NCBI GenBank assembly: GCA_002269645.1
Contig: NIVC01000359.1
Span: forward strand, 1 to 64,000
DNA: 64,000 nucleotides
Direction: 5' to 3'
From: Macrostomum lignano
Lineage: Eukaryota
The notes below the pieces were generated by a model that was not told where the DNA came from, searched no databases, and saw only the letters and a program-made list of their open reading frames with translations. How positions within the stretch are numbered: position 1 is the stretch's first letter; the number at the start of each line of letters is the position of its first letter. The translations under genes and the position numbers were made by a program. Shown here one piece after another: positions 38,450-50,236 of the stretch.

Positions 38450-41400
38450 ATGCTGCTTTTACTCTACCATTTAACGGCTGCTTTGCTGTGGCTCATAGGT
38501 GAGTGTTTTGACATTCGATTTTACCTGACTCTATTTACAGTGTTTTTACCTTGCGCCACCTTCGAGAGTAGATCGTTACAATTATGGCGACAGGTGGCCG
38601 AATTTTCAATGGTGTCAACTGAGTCTGTAAAGTTAAAAAATATCTACTTTGTACGTTAGCTTCTTACACAGTGCAAAATGTTATTTTAGTCTCACATAAT
38701 CGCCCTCGAGCTACCGCCGAAGATGCAGTTATCTGCGGCAACATTTTTTAATTGGCGACATCAACAACCAGCATAATGAGGCATTTCTATCATTTCCATT
38801 GAGTCCTGAGCACATAGTAGCCAATACGAGCTACTGTACGCTTACTATGTTATTTTGACGATCAAGTATTAATGTTGTGAACTTGGTGCCGTCCTCCTGG
38901 ACAGCGAGTTGGATGTTATGTCAAGTCTCTTAGTTCCCACAGGGAAAACTAAAACATCGTATACAGGAAGCGACACACGTTTCATGGAAAAAGGTTTTGA
39001 AGGCCACTTTACACCGAAAAATACACTACGTAGATACGAAGTTTTCATTTTTTCAACACAAAAATTGTTATTGCTTTTGAAAGGAGGCTGACCCAATGTT
39101 CATCTCTTTGATATGTTGTGCTTTTCTAATAGCTCTATTGATATTCATAAAGCTTTTCGTTTAGAAAATTAGAATTCTATGTTTCCTGTACCTAAAAATC
39201 ATTAAATACATGGCACAGCTCGAGTATGTGGTTTTATGAATCTATTTTATCCATCTCTGCTGTAAACACATATTGTTACACAGCTAAGAATGACAAAATA
39301 GATTCATAAAACCAATGAGCTGGCCGTGCCATTTTAAAGGTTTTTAGGCACAGGACATATGCAATTGTACGTAGGATAAGAAATTAACATAGAATTCTAA
39401 TTTTCTGAACAAAAAGCTTTATGAATATCGATAGAGCTATAAGAAAGGCACAGCATATCAAGAGATGAGCACTGGATCTGCCTCCTATCCAAAGCAACAA
39501 CGATTTTTGTGCTGAAAAAATGAAAACTTCGTATCTACGTAGTGTATTTTCGGTGTAAAGTGGCCTTTAAAACCTTTTTCCATAAATTTCGGGCGCTGCT
39601 TCCTTCTACTTTAGTAGTCCTTGAGTTCCTAAACTTAAGTTTCACTTCGGTGATTTACCTGCAGATTTCCAGTCTTCGGCCAATGCGATGCCGCCAGTGA
39701 ACGGTGCCACAGTGTGCTCAGGCTCTGAGTGGACCTACATGCCGGTGTCTGGCAAGTGCTACCAACGTCTCGGCAGCGTCTACGCTCCCGTCGGCCGAGA
39801 GACCGCGCGGCAACGATGCGCCACCGCTGGCGGCAGTCTGGCCAGAGTGGACGGAGATGCGAACGTATTCGACCTGTCGGCCTACTGCATGGCGGTGCTG
39901 TTCACCGGGGCGAGCATCTGGGCCGACGCGGTTGTGTCGCCCAAGAACGGTCGGTTGCTGCATGAGCGTTGTACCTTTTTGTCTAAACTGTAATGCGTGC
40001 AATGGATCTTTGCGTGAGTTTTCGTATGTCATTTGAATGCGTCCGAGAAAGTTCTTTCAAGTCTAATTCTGCCTCATGGATTCGATGATTGTTTTGGATT
40101 TCAGTGCCCTCTTTCAGTACAGTATAAGACTTAATGCTGCCACCCTCTGCAGACAGCGAATGGATCTGGCAGGCTACCAGTGCCTCTGTGGACAGCAAGT
40201 TCTGGTCCCCCGGCGGTTTGCCAGCGAGCCCGGCCGGTCGGAACTGCAGCCGGCTGATCATCGATGTGAGCGTCGCGTCTGCTAGCGGCTACTGGGCGCC
40301 CAGCTCGGGCCTTCGAGCCGAGAGCTGCACCAACAATTTTACCGTGGTCTGCGAGAAGCCAGGTGCGCTTTCTAACTGAAATCTGCGACAATTACTCGTA
40401 CTACTGAAGAGTAGTAGAATGTTTGGGTTTCACAATATGCTCCCCCCTCACACCAACGTCCCCAGCCAGCACATGCTCCGTGTCCCAGATCCGCGGCCTC
40501 AACCCTCTGACGATGGTCATGTCGAACATCAGCTATGGCCTGCACCTCGAGAATGTGCCTCATCACGGGCTGCTGTCCGACATCCGCTGTCGGCCCGGCT
40601 TCTACAGGAACAGCGACAGGCCGTTAGCGAAGACTCCGGCGGCGACGCCCACACCGGAGGGCCTGCTGCCGCATCAAGCGTTCTGCTTGGCTAATGGCAC
40701 CTTTGCCTACGGATCGATTGAGCCCTGCTATCGTGAGGCTGGGTTGCTTGTGTCATAATAGTTGGTTTTATGCTCTCTACAATAATGGGAGGTGGTTGTA
40801 GCCTTGTGATTAGAGCATTGGACTCACGAGTGAAAGGTTGGGGGTTCGATTCTCGATCATGCTGGAACAGTTGGTGTCCTTGAGCAACACACTCAACTCT
40901 GCATTATACTTCAATTCATCCGGCTGTAAAATGGGTACCAGCATTAGCTGGGGTCATTGAGGGTGTGTTTGTGGCGACCCCCCCCCTCCAGTCCTTGGAA
41001 TGGAGGAAATGGACTCAAGTGCGCGCTGCTGTCACCTTCGCGCTTGATGTTTTGTTTTGTTTTTGTTTGACTTGAAATAAAGTCATTTTATTATTTCAGC
41101 GATTCGCTGCAACGCCACCATCCTGAAGTCGGACATGCGCATTCCGCACGTGATGCCGTACGCCGACACTCTGGTGCACGAATTCTACAACTACACGCAT
41201 CAGTTCAGCGTCAACTGCAAGAAAGGCTACGTGTCCTACAAGAACAGCAGTGTGATTACTGGCGAGATCGCCTGCGACCAGAGCTTCAGGGATCCAACGC
41301 AGGGAGAATGGAGCCCGCCAGACCTCAACACTTGCACCGGTGCGTTTGCAATCAAGTGCAAATCTAAATGGGTTTAGAATTTAGGTGGTAGAAATCAGCA

Positions 41401-44400
41401 AGGATAGAAGTTGATCCTGAGGCTCATCGTTTTGTAATGTAAGAGTCGACTTGTCATGCCTTAAGGTTGGCCCTCTTGGGCGCGAATCTTACCTAAGGCC
41501 ACAGATGCTAGAGTAACTAGATGGGCCACTCAGTATATTTGCGTGTAAGCTACTTTCAGTTCAGTAGTACAGAAGAATTCGAATGTATTTTTAAGCCAAA
41601 GCTCATTTATTGGCTCTTAATACCACCCCGCCTAAACCCTCGAACCGCGCCTTTCCCCACTATGCTCCTCGCCCCTTCAATTTTTATTGCTTTTCTCGGA
41701 ATTCCAAGCCAAAGCTGCCATGTATAACATTCCAGTGGACTGGCCAATCTACATTACTGCTGAACCAATTAGCAAGTTGTTTACGCCTGCAAGCTTGGGC
41801 TTCTAAACTTATCAAAGAAATTTCAGCTGCCTTTATTTTTATAAAATAGCTTATGTATTCTTCTTTGCTACTGAACTGAAAGTAGACAGGTGTTTTACCA
41901 AGTATTTATGCCTGAGTGGCCCATCTAGCTATTTTAGTATCCGTGGCCCCGACAAATTTCTGTGCAAGAACACCAAATTAACGTGGCTGCTCGCGCAATC
42001 GAACCCTGATACTTTTGGCGCGAGAGTCCAATTCTAGTGATCTCCTTGAGTCTTAGGGTTTGGGTGTCCCGGTTGTGGGTTGCTTTCACAAACGCGAAAC
42101 TTCACAACCGCTAAATCACCTACTTTCATAAACGCGAAACTTCACAACCGCTAAATCACCTACTTTCATAAACGCGAAATTTCACAACCGCTAAATCACC
42201 TACTTTCATAAACGCTAAACTTCACAACCGCTAAATCACCTACTTTCATAAACGCGAAACTTCACAACCGCTAAATCACCTACTTTCATAAACGCGAAAT
42301 TTCACAACCGCTAAATCACCTACTTTCATAAACGCGAAACTTCACAACCGCTAAATCACCTACTTTCATAAACGCAAAACTTCACAACCGCTAAATCACC
42401 TACTTTCATAAACGCAAAACTTCACAACCGCTAAATCACCTACTTTCATAAACGCAAAACTTCACAACCGCTAAATCACCTACTTTCATAAACGCGAAAC
42501 TTCACAAACGCGAAACTTCACAACCGCTAAATGTTATCTTAATACCATTTACACAACCGCTACTCAAAACTTTCACAACCGCTAAAAAGACTTCGTATAT
42601 GAAAGTAAGTGCAAAAAATTTCGCGTTTGTGAAACCCATCCTTGGGTGTCTGGGGGTTTAAGTGGCTTTCTCGAATGATCTCGAATTTGGTCCGTTGGTT
42701 ACATCTGGTCAGAAATAAAATAAAATGATCACCTTTGCTATATTTGAGTGCAACTCTCCAATCCAATCCAGCCGTGAAATGCGACGACATCAGCACTGTG
42801 ATCAGCAGCCAGGCGGCTCCGTACAAGGCGGAGAATCGCGACGACCAGAAGAGCTACGGCGAATTTCAACAGTCGAGTTTCCCCTTCTATCCAAACCTGG
42901 TGTCCGTCAAGTGCCGTCAAATTGGCTACTTCTTCGAGGACCGCCAGTTTGAGAAGCTGCTCCGTTGCGGCCTAGCCAATGGCAGCCTCATCAAGGCGCA
43001 GTGGTACGGAGCGCAGGGTACGGATCTGCAACGGCTCAAAACTCTGCAGTGCACGCGTGAGTGAGCACTGTTGTGTATGCGGCTTGCCCGCCGCCTACAG
43101 TTCTTGCGTTCTGATTGGCTGGTGGTTTTGGCCACGCTGCCTCAAAGTACAACAAGCACTCTGAGCACTTTCACTCCCTGCTAACTGTTACTTCTGAGCA
43201 CAGGTTTCGCATCTTGAAAGATTTCGAATCATAAAAACCCAAGCGCAATAAACGTCTTTCGCAGTCTGACACTCAAGGATAATCACGTACGTCCTCTTCT
43301 TTCCTTGCCGCAACAGCCGTCAGCTGCCTCTCAGACAGAATCATCCGTCGGACAGCTGACGCCGCGGCCATCGTGAAGAACGCCCAGTACAAAGCCAAAA
43401 CCACGGTGAAGTACGGAAATGGCACAGTGGCCATTGTGCCCGCAATCGAGGTCAACCTACCTGAGACTTACCCCTACGCCACTGAGATCAGCTTCACGTG
43501 CGAGAATGGCACCGAGACTGGCGTCGGAGAGCCGGCTCTGTTCTGCAAAGCCGATGGCCAGTGGAATACCAGCGATCTGCCCGAGTGCATTAGTGAGGAG
43601 CCAGCGTCTTACGCCTCATTCACTGGGACTTTTGTTTCTTAGAAAATAGTCAGAGGCGAACAGGAAGGACTTTTGTTTCTTAGAAAATAGTCAGAGGCAA
43701 ACAGGAAGGACTTTTGTTTCTTAGAAAATAGTCAGAGGCAAACAGGAAGGACTTTTGTTTCTTAGAAAATAGTTAGAGGCGAACAGGAAGGACTTTTGTT
43801 TCTTAGAAAATAGTTAGAGTCGAACAGGAAGGACTTTTGTTTCTTAGAAAATAGTTAGAGTCGAACAGGAAGGACTTTTGCTTCTTAGAAAATAGTCAGA
43901 GGCGAACAGGAAGGACTTTTGCTTCTTAGAAAATAGTTAGAGTCGAACAGGAAGGACTTTTGTTTCTTAGAAAATAGTTAGAGTCGAACAGGAAGGACTT
44001 TTGTTTCTTAGAAAATAGTTAGAGTCGAACAGGAAGGACTTTTGTTTCTTAGAAAATAGTCAGAGGCGAACAGGAAGGACTTTTGTTTCTTAGAAAATAG
44101 TCAGAGGCGAACAGGAAGGACTTTTGTTTCTTAGAAAATAGTTAGAGGCGAACAGGAAGGACTTTTGTTTCTTAGAAAATAGTTAGAGTCGAACAGGAAG
44201 GACTTTTGTTTCTTAGAAAATAGTTAGAGTCAAACAGGAAGGACTTTTGTTTCTTAGAAAATAGTTAGAGTCGAACAGGAAGGACTTTTGTTTCTTAGAA
44301 AATAGTTAGAGTCGAACAGGAAGGACTTTTGTTTCTTAGAAAATAGTTAGAGTCGAACAGGAAGGACTTTTGTTTCTTAGAAAATAGTTAGAGTCGAACA

Positions 44401-44954
44401 GGAAGGACTTTTGCTTCTTAGAAAATAGTCAGAGGCGAACAGGAAGGACTTTTGTTTCTTAGAAAATAGTCAGAGGCGAACAGGAAGGACTTTCGTTTCT
44501 TAGAAAATAGTTAGAGGCGAACAGGAAGGACTTTTGTTTCTTAGAAAATAGTTAGAATCGAACAGTGAGAAATAGCCAGTGCCAAGCTGGAAAGAGGGAA
44601 GCGCGAGGGCTCGCAGGAAGAGATGTGGCTTGGCTGTATTAAACAGAAAAAGGAGAGGGCAGACAGAATTAAAAGATAATAGACTATCAATTATGTTCAT
44701 CGATCGTGAATGCCTTAATGCAACCTGTAATATCAACAGAGAAGTCGGAGGCACTCCAACTACAAGGCAACCAGAAGCACTACGTGCCCCCGGCTAAGGA
44801 GGCAGGCAACGCTGGAAGCGTTGGCGCCGTAGTCATCATGATCGTGGTGGTGTTCTGCGTCCTTGTTGTGATTCTTGACTTATCCACGTTGTCTCGCGAT
44901 ATCAACCTGCTGAAGACCAACCTGCGACGGCTGAGGCACTTCAAGCGGCACTAG
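38450..44954 (+). CDS. Type I membrane protein: signal peptide, C-type lectin domain, four sushi/CCP-like modules, TM, short tail (608 aa)
   Basis: Exons 38450-38498, 39665-39949, 40153-40362, 40466-40732, 41100-41339, 42772-43056, 43317-43592, 44740-44954; all introns phase 1, GT-AG. CTLD signs (C..EW.Y..SGKCY, A...C...GGSL, IW, C....VVCEK); modules with C...C...C...G.W...C; TM VGAVVIMIVVVFCVLVVIL. Confidence 0.82.
38940..39623. mobile_element. 684-bp MITE of the same family as 13301-13755
   Basis: Long imperfect TIRs sharing CACAAAAATTGTTATTGCTTTTGA; TSD AGTTCCCA (38932-38939) / AGTTCCTA (39624-39631). Confidence 0.8.
40791..41005 (+). mobile_element. tRNA-derived SINE, family 1
   Basis: Aligns by eye over its length with 9214-9420; B box GGTTCGATTCTC. 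Confidence 0.8.
42088..42530. repeat. 40-bp minisatellite (TAAACGCGAAACTTCACAACCGCTAAATCACCTACTTTCA)n
   Basis: About 10-11 units in a lectin gene intron. Confidence 0.95.
43627..44562. repeat. 41-bp minisatellite (GGACTTTTGTTTCTTAGAAAATAGTTAGAGTCGAACAGGAA)n
   Basis: About 23 units in the last intron of the lectin gene. Confidence 0.95.
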
Positions 44955-44984
44955 CCATTGACTGGTCTTTCTGGTTGAAGGGTG

Positions 44985-45955
44985 GAGGGTTAAGAGGTGG
45001 TTGAGGTGTTTGAGGGGTGGTTGAGGGGTGTTTGAGGGGTGGTTGGGGGTGTTTGAGGGGTGGTTGGGTAGTTGAGGGGTGGTTGGGTGGTTGAGGGGTG
45101 TTTGAGGGGTGGTTGGGGGTGTTTGAGGGGTGGTTGGGGGTGTTTGAGGGCTGGTTTAGGTGTGTTTGAGGGCTGGTTGGGTGGTTGAGGTGTGTTTGAG
45201 GGGGTGGTTGGGTGGTTGAGGGGTTGAAGTGTGGTTGGGTGGTTGAGGGGTGGTTGAGGGGTGGTGGAGGGGTGTTTGAGGGGTGGTTGGGTGGTTGAGG
45301 TGTGTTTGAGGGGGTGGTTGAGGGGTTGAGGGGTTGAAGTGTGGCTGGGTGGTTGAGGGGTGGTTGAGGGGTGGTTGAGGGGTGTTTGAGGGCTGGTTGG
45401 GTGGTTGAGGTGTGTTTGAGAGGGTGGTTGGGTGGTTGAGGTGTGTTTGAGGGGGTGGTTGGGTGGTTGAGGGGTTGAAGTGTGGTTGGGTGGTTGAGGG
45501 GTGGTTGAGGGGTGGTGGAGGGGTGTTTGAGGGGTGGTTGGGTGGTTGAGGTGTGTTTGAGGGGGTGGTTGAGGGGTTGAGGGGTTGAAGTGTGGCTGGG
45601 TGGTTGAGGGGTGGTTGAGGGGTGTTTGAGGGCTGGTTGGGTGGTTGAGGTGTGTTTGAGGGGGTGGTTGAGGGGTTGAGGGGTTGAAGTGTGGTTGGGT
45701 GGTTGAGGGGTGGTTGAGGGGTGTTTGAGGGCTGGTTGGGTGGTTGAGGTGTGTTTGAGAGGGTGGTTGGGTGGTTGAGGGGTGGTTGAGCGAGTGGTTT
45801 AGGGGTGTTTGAGGGGGTGGTTGGGTGGTTGAGGGGTGTTTGAGGGGGTGGTTGGGAGGTTGAGGGGTGTTTGGAAGGTTGAGGGGTGGTCGAATGGTTG
45901 AGGGGTGTTTGAGGTGTGGTTCTGGGGTGGCTGACGGATGGTTTTAGGGATGGTT
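44985..45955. repeat. G/T-rich degenerate repeat (GGGGTGGTTGA / GGGGTGTTTGA)
   Basis: Dense G3-G5 runs directly after the lectin gene stop codon. Confidence 0.92.
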
Positions 45956-46437
45956 GAGAAAATTTTGCATGGTTTGAAAAGTTAGAATATTTTTGATGTG
46001 ATTCAATGCTGTGAGCTTTTACAAGTGTATCAAAAAACAAGGCCATAAAATTCTCGTACTGTCTACTGAGCTCTATCTCGCTGCTACTCTTCTTATTTAC
46101 TAACTATCAACAACGGCGATAAAATAATTTTTAATGGTTGAAATTTAAAACGGAGGACTTGATGATTGTTACTAAAATAATGGTTGGTAATAATAATTGT
46201 TACTAAATATAGCTTTCCTGCTCCAATTCTGAATCTGAAACTCTTGCAAAAATAAAGCAAATAAATCAAACCGGCTTTTTATTTCCATTTTTGTCACTGC
46301 CCCCACTGCTCGGGAGCCAGCAAATCGGCAGTGTTGGGCAAACGAGACCCGCCCCTTCGGTGGCGGCATTGCCTATAAGTATTTGTTTGCCGATGCAGCG
46401 CACAGCATCCACTCCGTCTTAGCAGTCCTGCGCTCTC

Positions 46438-47831
46438 ATGAAGACATCAGCTTGGCTAGCAGCTATGCTGCTGCTGCTGCTGCTGCAAGTCCTGACGGCT
46501 CACGGGCTGCAGCGGCGCTATTGGCTCAGCAGCGCCGTCCCACTTTCACTCAACCAGCGGCAGCTCCGCCATCGAATGCGGAAGTCGCTGCACTGAACGA
46601 AGCGGCTGCTTCGGCTTCGCCTTCGTCCGAGAGCTGTGCCGGCTGTTCGCATTCGACGCGTTCTTCGGCAGCTGGACGGTCTCGGAGCCGGACACCGCCG
46701 TCTTCACTCGGCCACTCAGTGAGTCTACCTGCGTACTATGGGGGGGGGGGGCTCAGAAACCTAAATGATAGGCTTTTAACTTCATAATACGAGCGTACCA
46801 ATACTTTATAAGCCTCTTAATACTAAAACTGGTGCGATGTTTGTCTGTATGTATGTGTGTTGCAATTTTTCTCCTAGACTACTGGCAAGTCAGCGTTGAA
46901 ACTTATATGGGAAAACTGCAAATAAATAAATAAGGGAGTAGGGGTAGAGATGAGACGAGAGAGAGGAGAGAGAAGAGAGTCACGATAATAGCGAAGAGGG
47001 GAGAGAGGAGATATGAGAGACGTGAGAGTCTTTGAGCTATGGTCTTTGAAAGGTTTTGTAAAGAATTTGGAGACGATTTGGAAGATAGGGTTCAAGAAAT
47101 GGAATTTCAGTTGATGGATACTTCAGGGAATAGAATTCTGGTGATGGGAGTTCTTCCCCTTTCTCCTCCGAAGGAGGAGTTCCACTCCTATTTCATAAAA
47201 ATCAAAACTAGTGGCTGCACAAGCCCTCAACTTAGCAAGACTTTAAAAGCATTGCTTTCAAAGATGTTTGTTTTAGGCCTTGTGAAACGCCTATAAAAGT
47301 GGATGCTAGTCTTTTTGGCATATGTAGAATTTACGGAATTTGTGAAAGCGCCCTTCCCAAATCCATCGCAGCCCGAATCAGGCCTCTAGTAGTTGTTCTG
47401 TTTTCCTGCTAACTTTAGAGATGGAGCGACTGCAGCTGCAAAACTGCTCGCAGTCCACACTGTACAAGAATGCATCGTGCTCCAATGCGATTGATGGCAA
47501 CACGGATCAAAACTTTAAAAACGGGTACTGCTGCATGCACACCGGCTGCGGGTCTGGTCGACAGGAATGGTGGACAGCCAGCCTCCCTGCTGCATCCTTT
47601 GTCTCGGACTTGATCATCTATAACCGGCTGGACAACAACCAGGCAAAGAGGTTAAACGTGTTCTCAATCCAGTTGGACGGAGTCACCTGCGTTGAAAGGA
47701 ACGAAACGTTTCCGTTTGCAATCGGCAATTTCAGCTGCAGCAGATTCGGCAGCCAGCTGACTGTCATCAATGACTTTGACCAGTGCCTCAGCATCTGCGA
47801 GATTCAGGTCTTCGGATTCAGCTATCCGTGA
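46438..47831 (+). CDS. Secreted PAN/apple + F-type lectin (F5/8C, fucolectin-like) protein with a 1-nt frameshift in exon 1; possible pseudogene or assembly error
   Basis: Signal peptide MKTSAWLAAMLLLLLLQVLTAHG from 46438. PAN motif SAIECGSRCTERSGCFGFAFVRELCRLF lies in the +1 frame. Donor after 46718; exon 47419-47831 encodes SQSTLY...SNAIDGNTD...HT...WW...IYNR...RL...LSICEIQVFG. Confidence 0.7.
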
Positions 47832-48852
47832 TCAATGAGTTCATAGCTACATCAGACAGAATAACAACTTGATGAACAGGTTTTCCCAATGCGCCACAGT
47901 CTGACATTAAGAAACCAACTGCATGCTCAGTTTCTGACAGATCCGAATTTCTTTATTGCAGAAACTATTCAAGTGACTAAACATCATTCCCTTCTGAACT
48001 GGTTTATAGGAAATGCTTTTTATTTAATTGTCATTCCAATTTGGGCAAAAATTCCCAGACGAATTCTTATGATCTCAACCGAGCTAACAAAAATCGAGGA
48101 TAACAAAATGTCACACTTCACAAAAGAATCAATGATTTCTACTGCAAATTATTTTTTTATTAACGCCAAAACAATTGAAAATTGACGGCAGACTAATTCA
48201 ACTTTTAATCAAGGCGGTTACCATCAAACGGTCCCTAATGCAGTCAATTTGCAAGACTGCTGCAGTTGGCTTTATCAGAGTGCCGCTAACTGGCTTTTAA
48301 TAAAATGAAGACTAAATTTACAATTTATTAGAATTAATTTGAAAGCCTCAATTTGCTTCAAAATTCGTCAACAAGATGGGAACCATCGAAACGCTTTGCT
48401 CAGTGAAATCATAAAATGAAATGGGTTTTCCCAACTGATAAATAATACTCGGACAGGAACAATGAGTCGGGAAAAATCCTTTTATAAAAAATAAACTGGA
48501 GAGATAGGAAGAGGCTTTAGTTGTGCTTGAATTTTCTCTGAAGTCGATACCTTGTTAAACAACGTCGTCGCAACGCAGGCACGCGAAATTTCAGAACTAC
48601 AATTTTTGTTTTGCGCCTTCCCAAACAGGAGTCAAGTCGCAGGACCTCCAGACAGACCGACGAGATATTCAACGATTCTGTCAGAAGGTTGAATTTTTTC
48701 TGTATGTGACTAGTGCATTCAGAAGATCCCTGTAGTCCTCGGACAGGGAGTCCAATTTCGCTGATCAAGCATAAACAATAAACAAACCTCAAATGATGGA
48801 CACGACAATGGACAGTCTGTCATCAATAGTAATAAGATCCGAGCCTCTAATC

Positions 48853-48957
48853 CAGGGGTCAGCCAACTCCGGCCACTGGCCACTCTATCCGGCGAAGCCT
48901 CTCTATCCGGCCCTCGGGTCCTTTGAAATTTTGCAATAGCAATCCGGCCCGCTCAAG
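48853..48957 (+). mobile_element. hAT/Charlie-like left end preceding a CT-rich array
   Basis: CAGGGGTCAGCCAACTCCGGCC...CTCTCTATCCGGCCCTC...AATAGCAATCCGGCC resembles the element at 1180; right end not identified. Confidence 0.5.
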
Positions 48958-48961
48958 GTTT

Positions 48962-49700
48962 GTGTCTCTTCTCAGCTCTCTTCTATCTTTTCTTCTCTAA
49001 TCTTCTCTATTCTTTCCCCTCTTCCCTCTCCCCTCTCCCCCTCTCTTCTCTCCCTCCTCTCCCCTCTCCCTTCTCTCCCCTCTCCCCTCTCCCCCCTCTC
49101 CCTCTCCCCCTCTCCCTCTCCCCCTCTCTTCTCTCCCTCCTCTCCCTCTCCCCCCTCTCCCCTCTCCCTTCTCTCCCCTCTCCCCTCTCCCCCCTCTCCC
49201 TCTCCCCCCTCTCCCCTCTCCCTCCTCTCCCTCCTCTCTTCTCTCCCTCCTCTCCCTCTCCCCTCTCCCCCCTCTCCCCCTCTCTTCTCTCCCTCCTCTC
49301 CCCTCTCCCTTCTCTCCCCTCTCCCCTCTCCCCCCTCTCCCCTCTCCCCCCTCTTCCTCCTCTCTTCTCTCCCTCCTCTCCCCTCTCCCCCCTCTCCCCT
49401 CCCCCCTCTCTTCTCTCCCTCCTCTCCCCTCTCCCCCTCTCCCCTCTCCCTTCTCTCCCCTCTCCCCTCTCCCCCCCTCTCCCCTCTCCCCCCTCTCCCC
49501 TCTCCCTCCTCTCCCTCCTCTCTTCTCTCCCTCCTCTCCCCTCTCCCCTCTCCCCCCTCTCCCCCCTCTCTTCTCTCCCTCCTCTCCCCTCTCCCTTCTC
49601 TCCCCTCTCCCCTCTCCCCCCTCTCCTCTCTCCTTCCTCTCCTCTCTCCCTCCTCTCCTTTCTCCCTCCTCTCTTTTCTCCCCTCTCTCCTCCCTCTTCT
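48962..49700. repeat. Polypyrimidine (CT-rich) low-complexity array
   Basis: Direct reading. Confidence 0.97.
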
Positions 49701-50014
49701 TCATTCAGATGTCTTCAGTCACCAGACGCTATTCCCAGCATTGAAGGTTGCCGTCTATTAAGGTCAATGCCGCTCTATGCTTGAAAAGCGAACAAGCAAT
49801 GATAAAATTATACACTGAGTCGAAGTAGGAGAGCAACTTTATTGCATTTGACCTACAGACTCAAAAGAAAGCAGTTGCTCGTGATGGTCATTGCGAAAAC
49901 AGAAAAAAACAACTTGCCGAAAAACGTGCCGAGTTTCTCTGCATAAATACGAGACCCCTGCGAGAGCAGAACTCAACCAACAGCAAACGAGATATCTCTT
50001 AGCTATCTCGTTAG

Positions 50015-50236
50015 GCCGTCGCCAGACCCAGCAGCAAGGAGATGTCGGAGGAGGACGCGGAGTCGATGGCGGCTCTGGAGGCTCTGGCCGACATGGACGA
50101 GCTGGAGATGACGGACGAGAAGGCCGCCGAGCTGCAGAAGAAGTGGCGCATCAGACTCCGCCGCATCAGGTGGAGGAAGGTGTACCGCTACGCCAGGGCC
50201 GCCTACAGGATCTACCGCCACCTGCACGGCAAGTAG
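50015..50236 (+). CDS. Candidate cationic antimicrobial peptide precursor (acidic propiece plus Arg-rich amphipathic peptide)
   Basis: GC-rich frame AVARPSSKE-MSEEDAESMAALEALADMDELEMTDEKAAELQKK-WRIRLRRIRWRKVYRYARAAYRIYRHLHGK*, opening after a TAG acceptor at 50014. Signal peptide unresolved. Confidence 0.6.
   Translation, partial: AVARPSSKEMSEEDAESMAALEALADMDELEMTDEKAAELQKKWRIRLRRIRWRKVYRYARAAYRIYRHLHGK

Noticed and set aside
44985-45955. Interstitial telomere
   Set aside because: No TTAGGG units; the motif is a heterogeneous TTGAGGGG/GGTGG mixture.
46540-46552. Programmed +1 ribosomal frameshift at CCA CTT TCA
   Set aside because: No stop or hungry codon in the A site and no stimulatory element seen; an indel is more parsimonious.
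46383-46787. 134-aa Ala/Ser-rich ORF from the ORF track
   Set aside because: It is the third frame over the signal peptide/PAN exon; the recognisable motifs are in the other two frames.
47039-47296. 85-aa intronic ORF (MVFERFCKEF...)
   Set aside because: No recognisable motif or supporting splice structure; it lies in the PAN-lectin intron and may be repeat debris.
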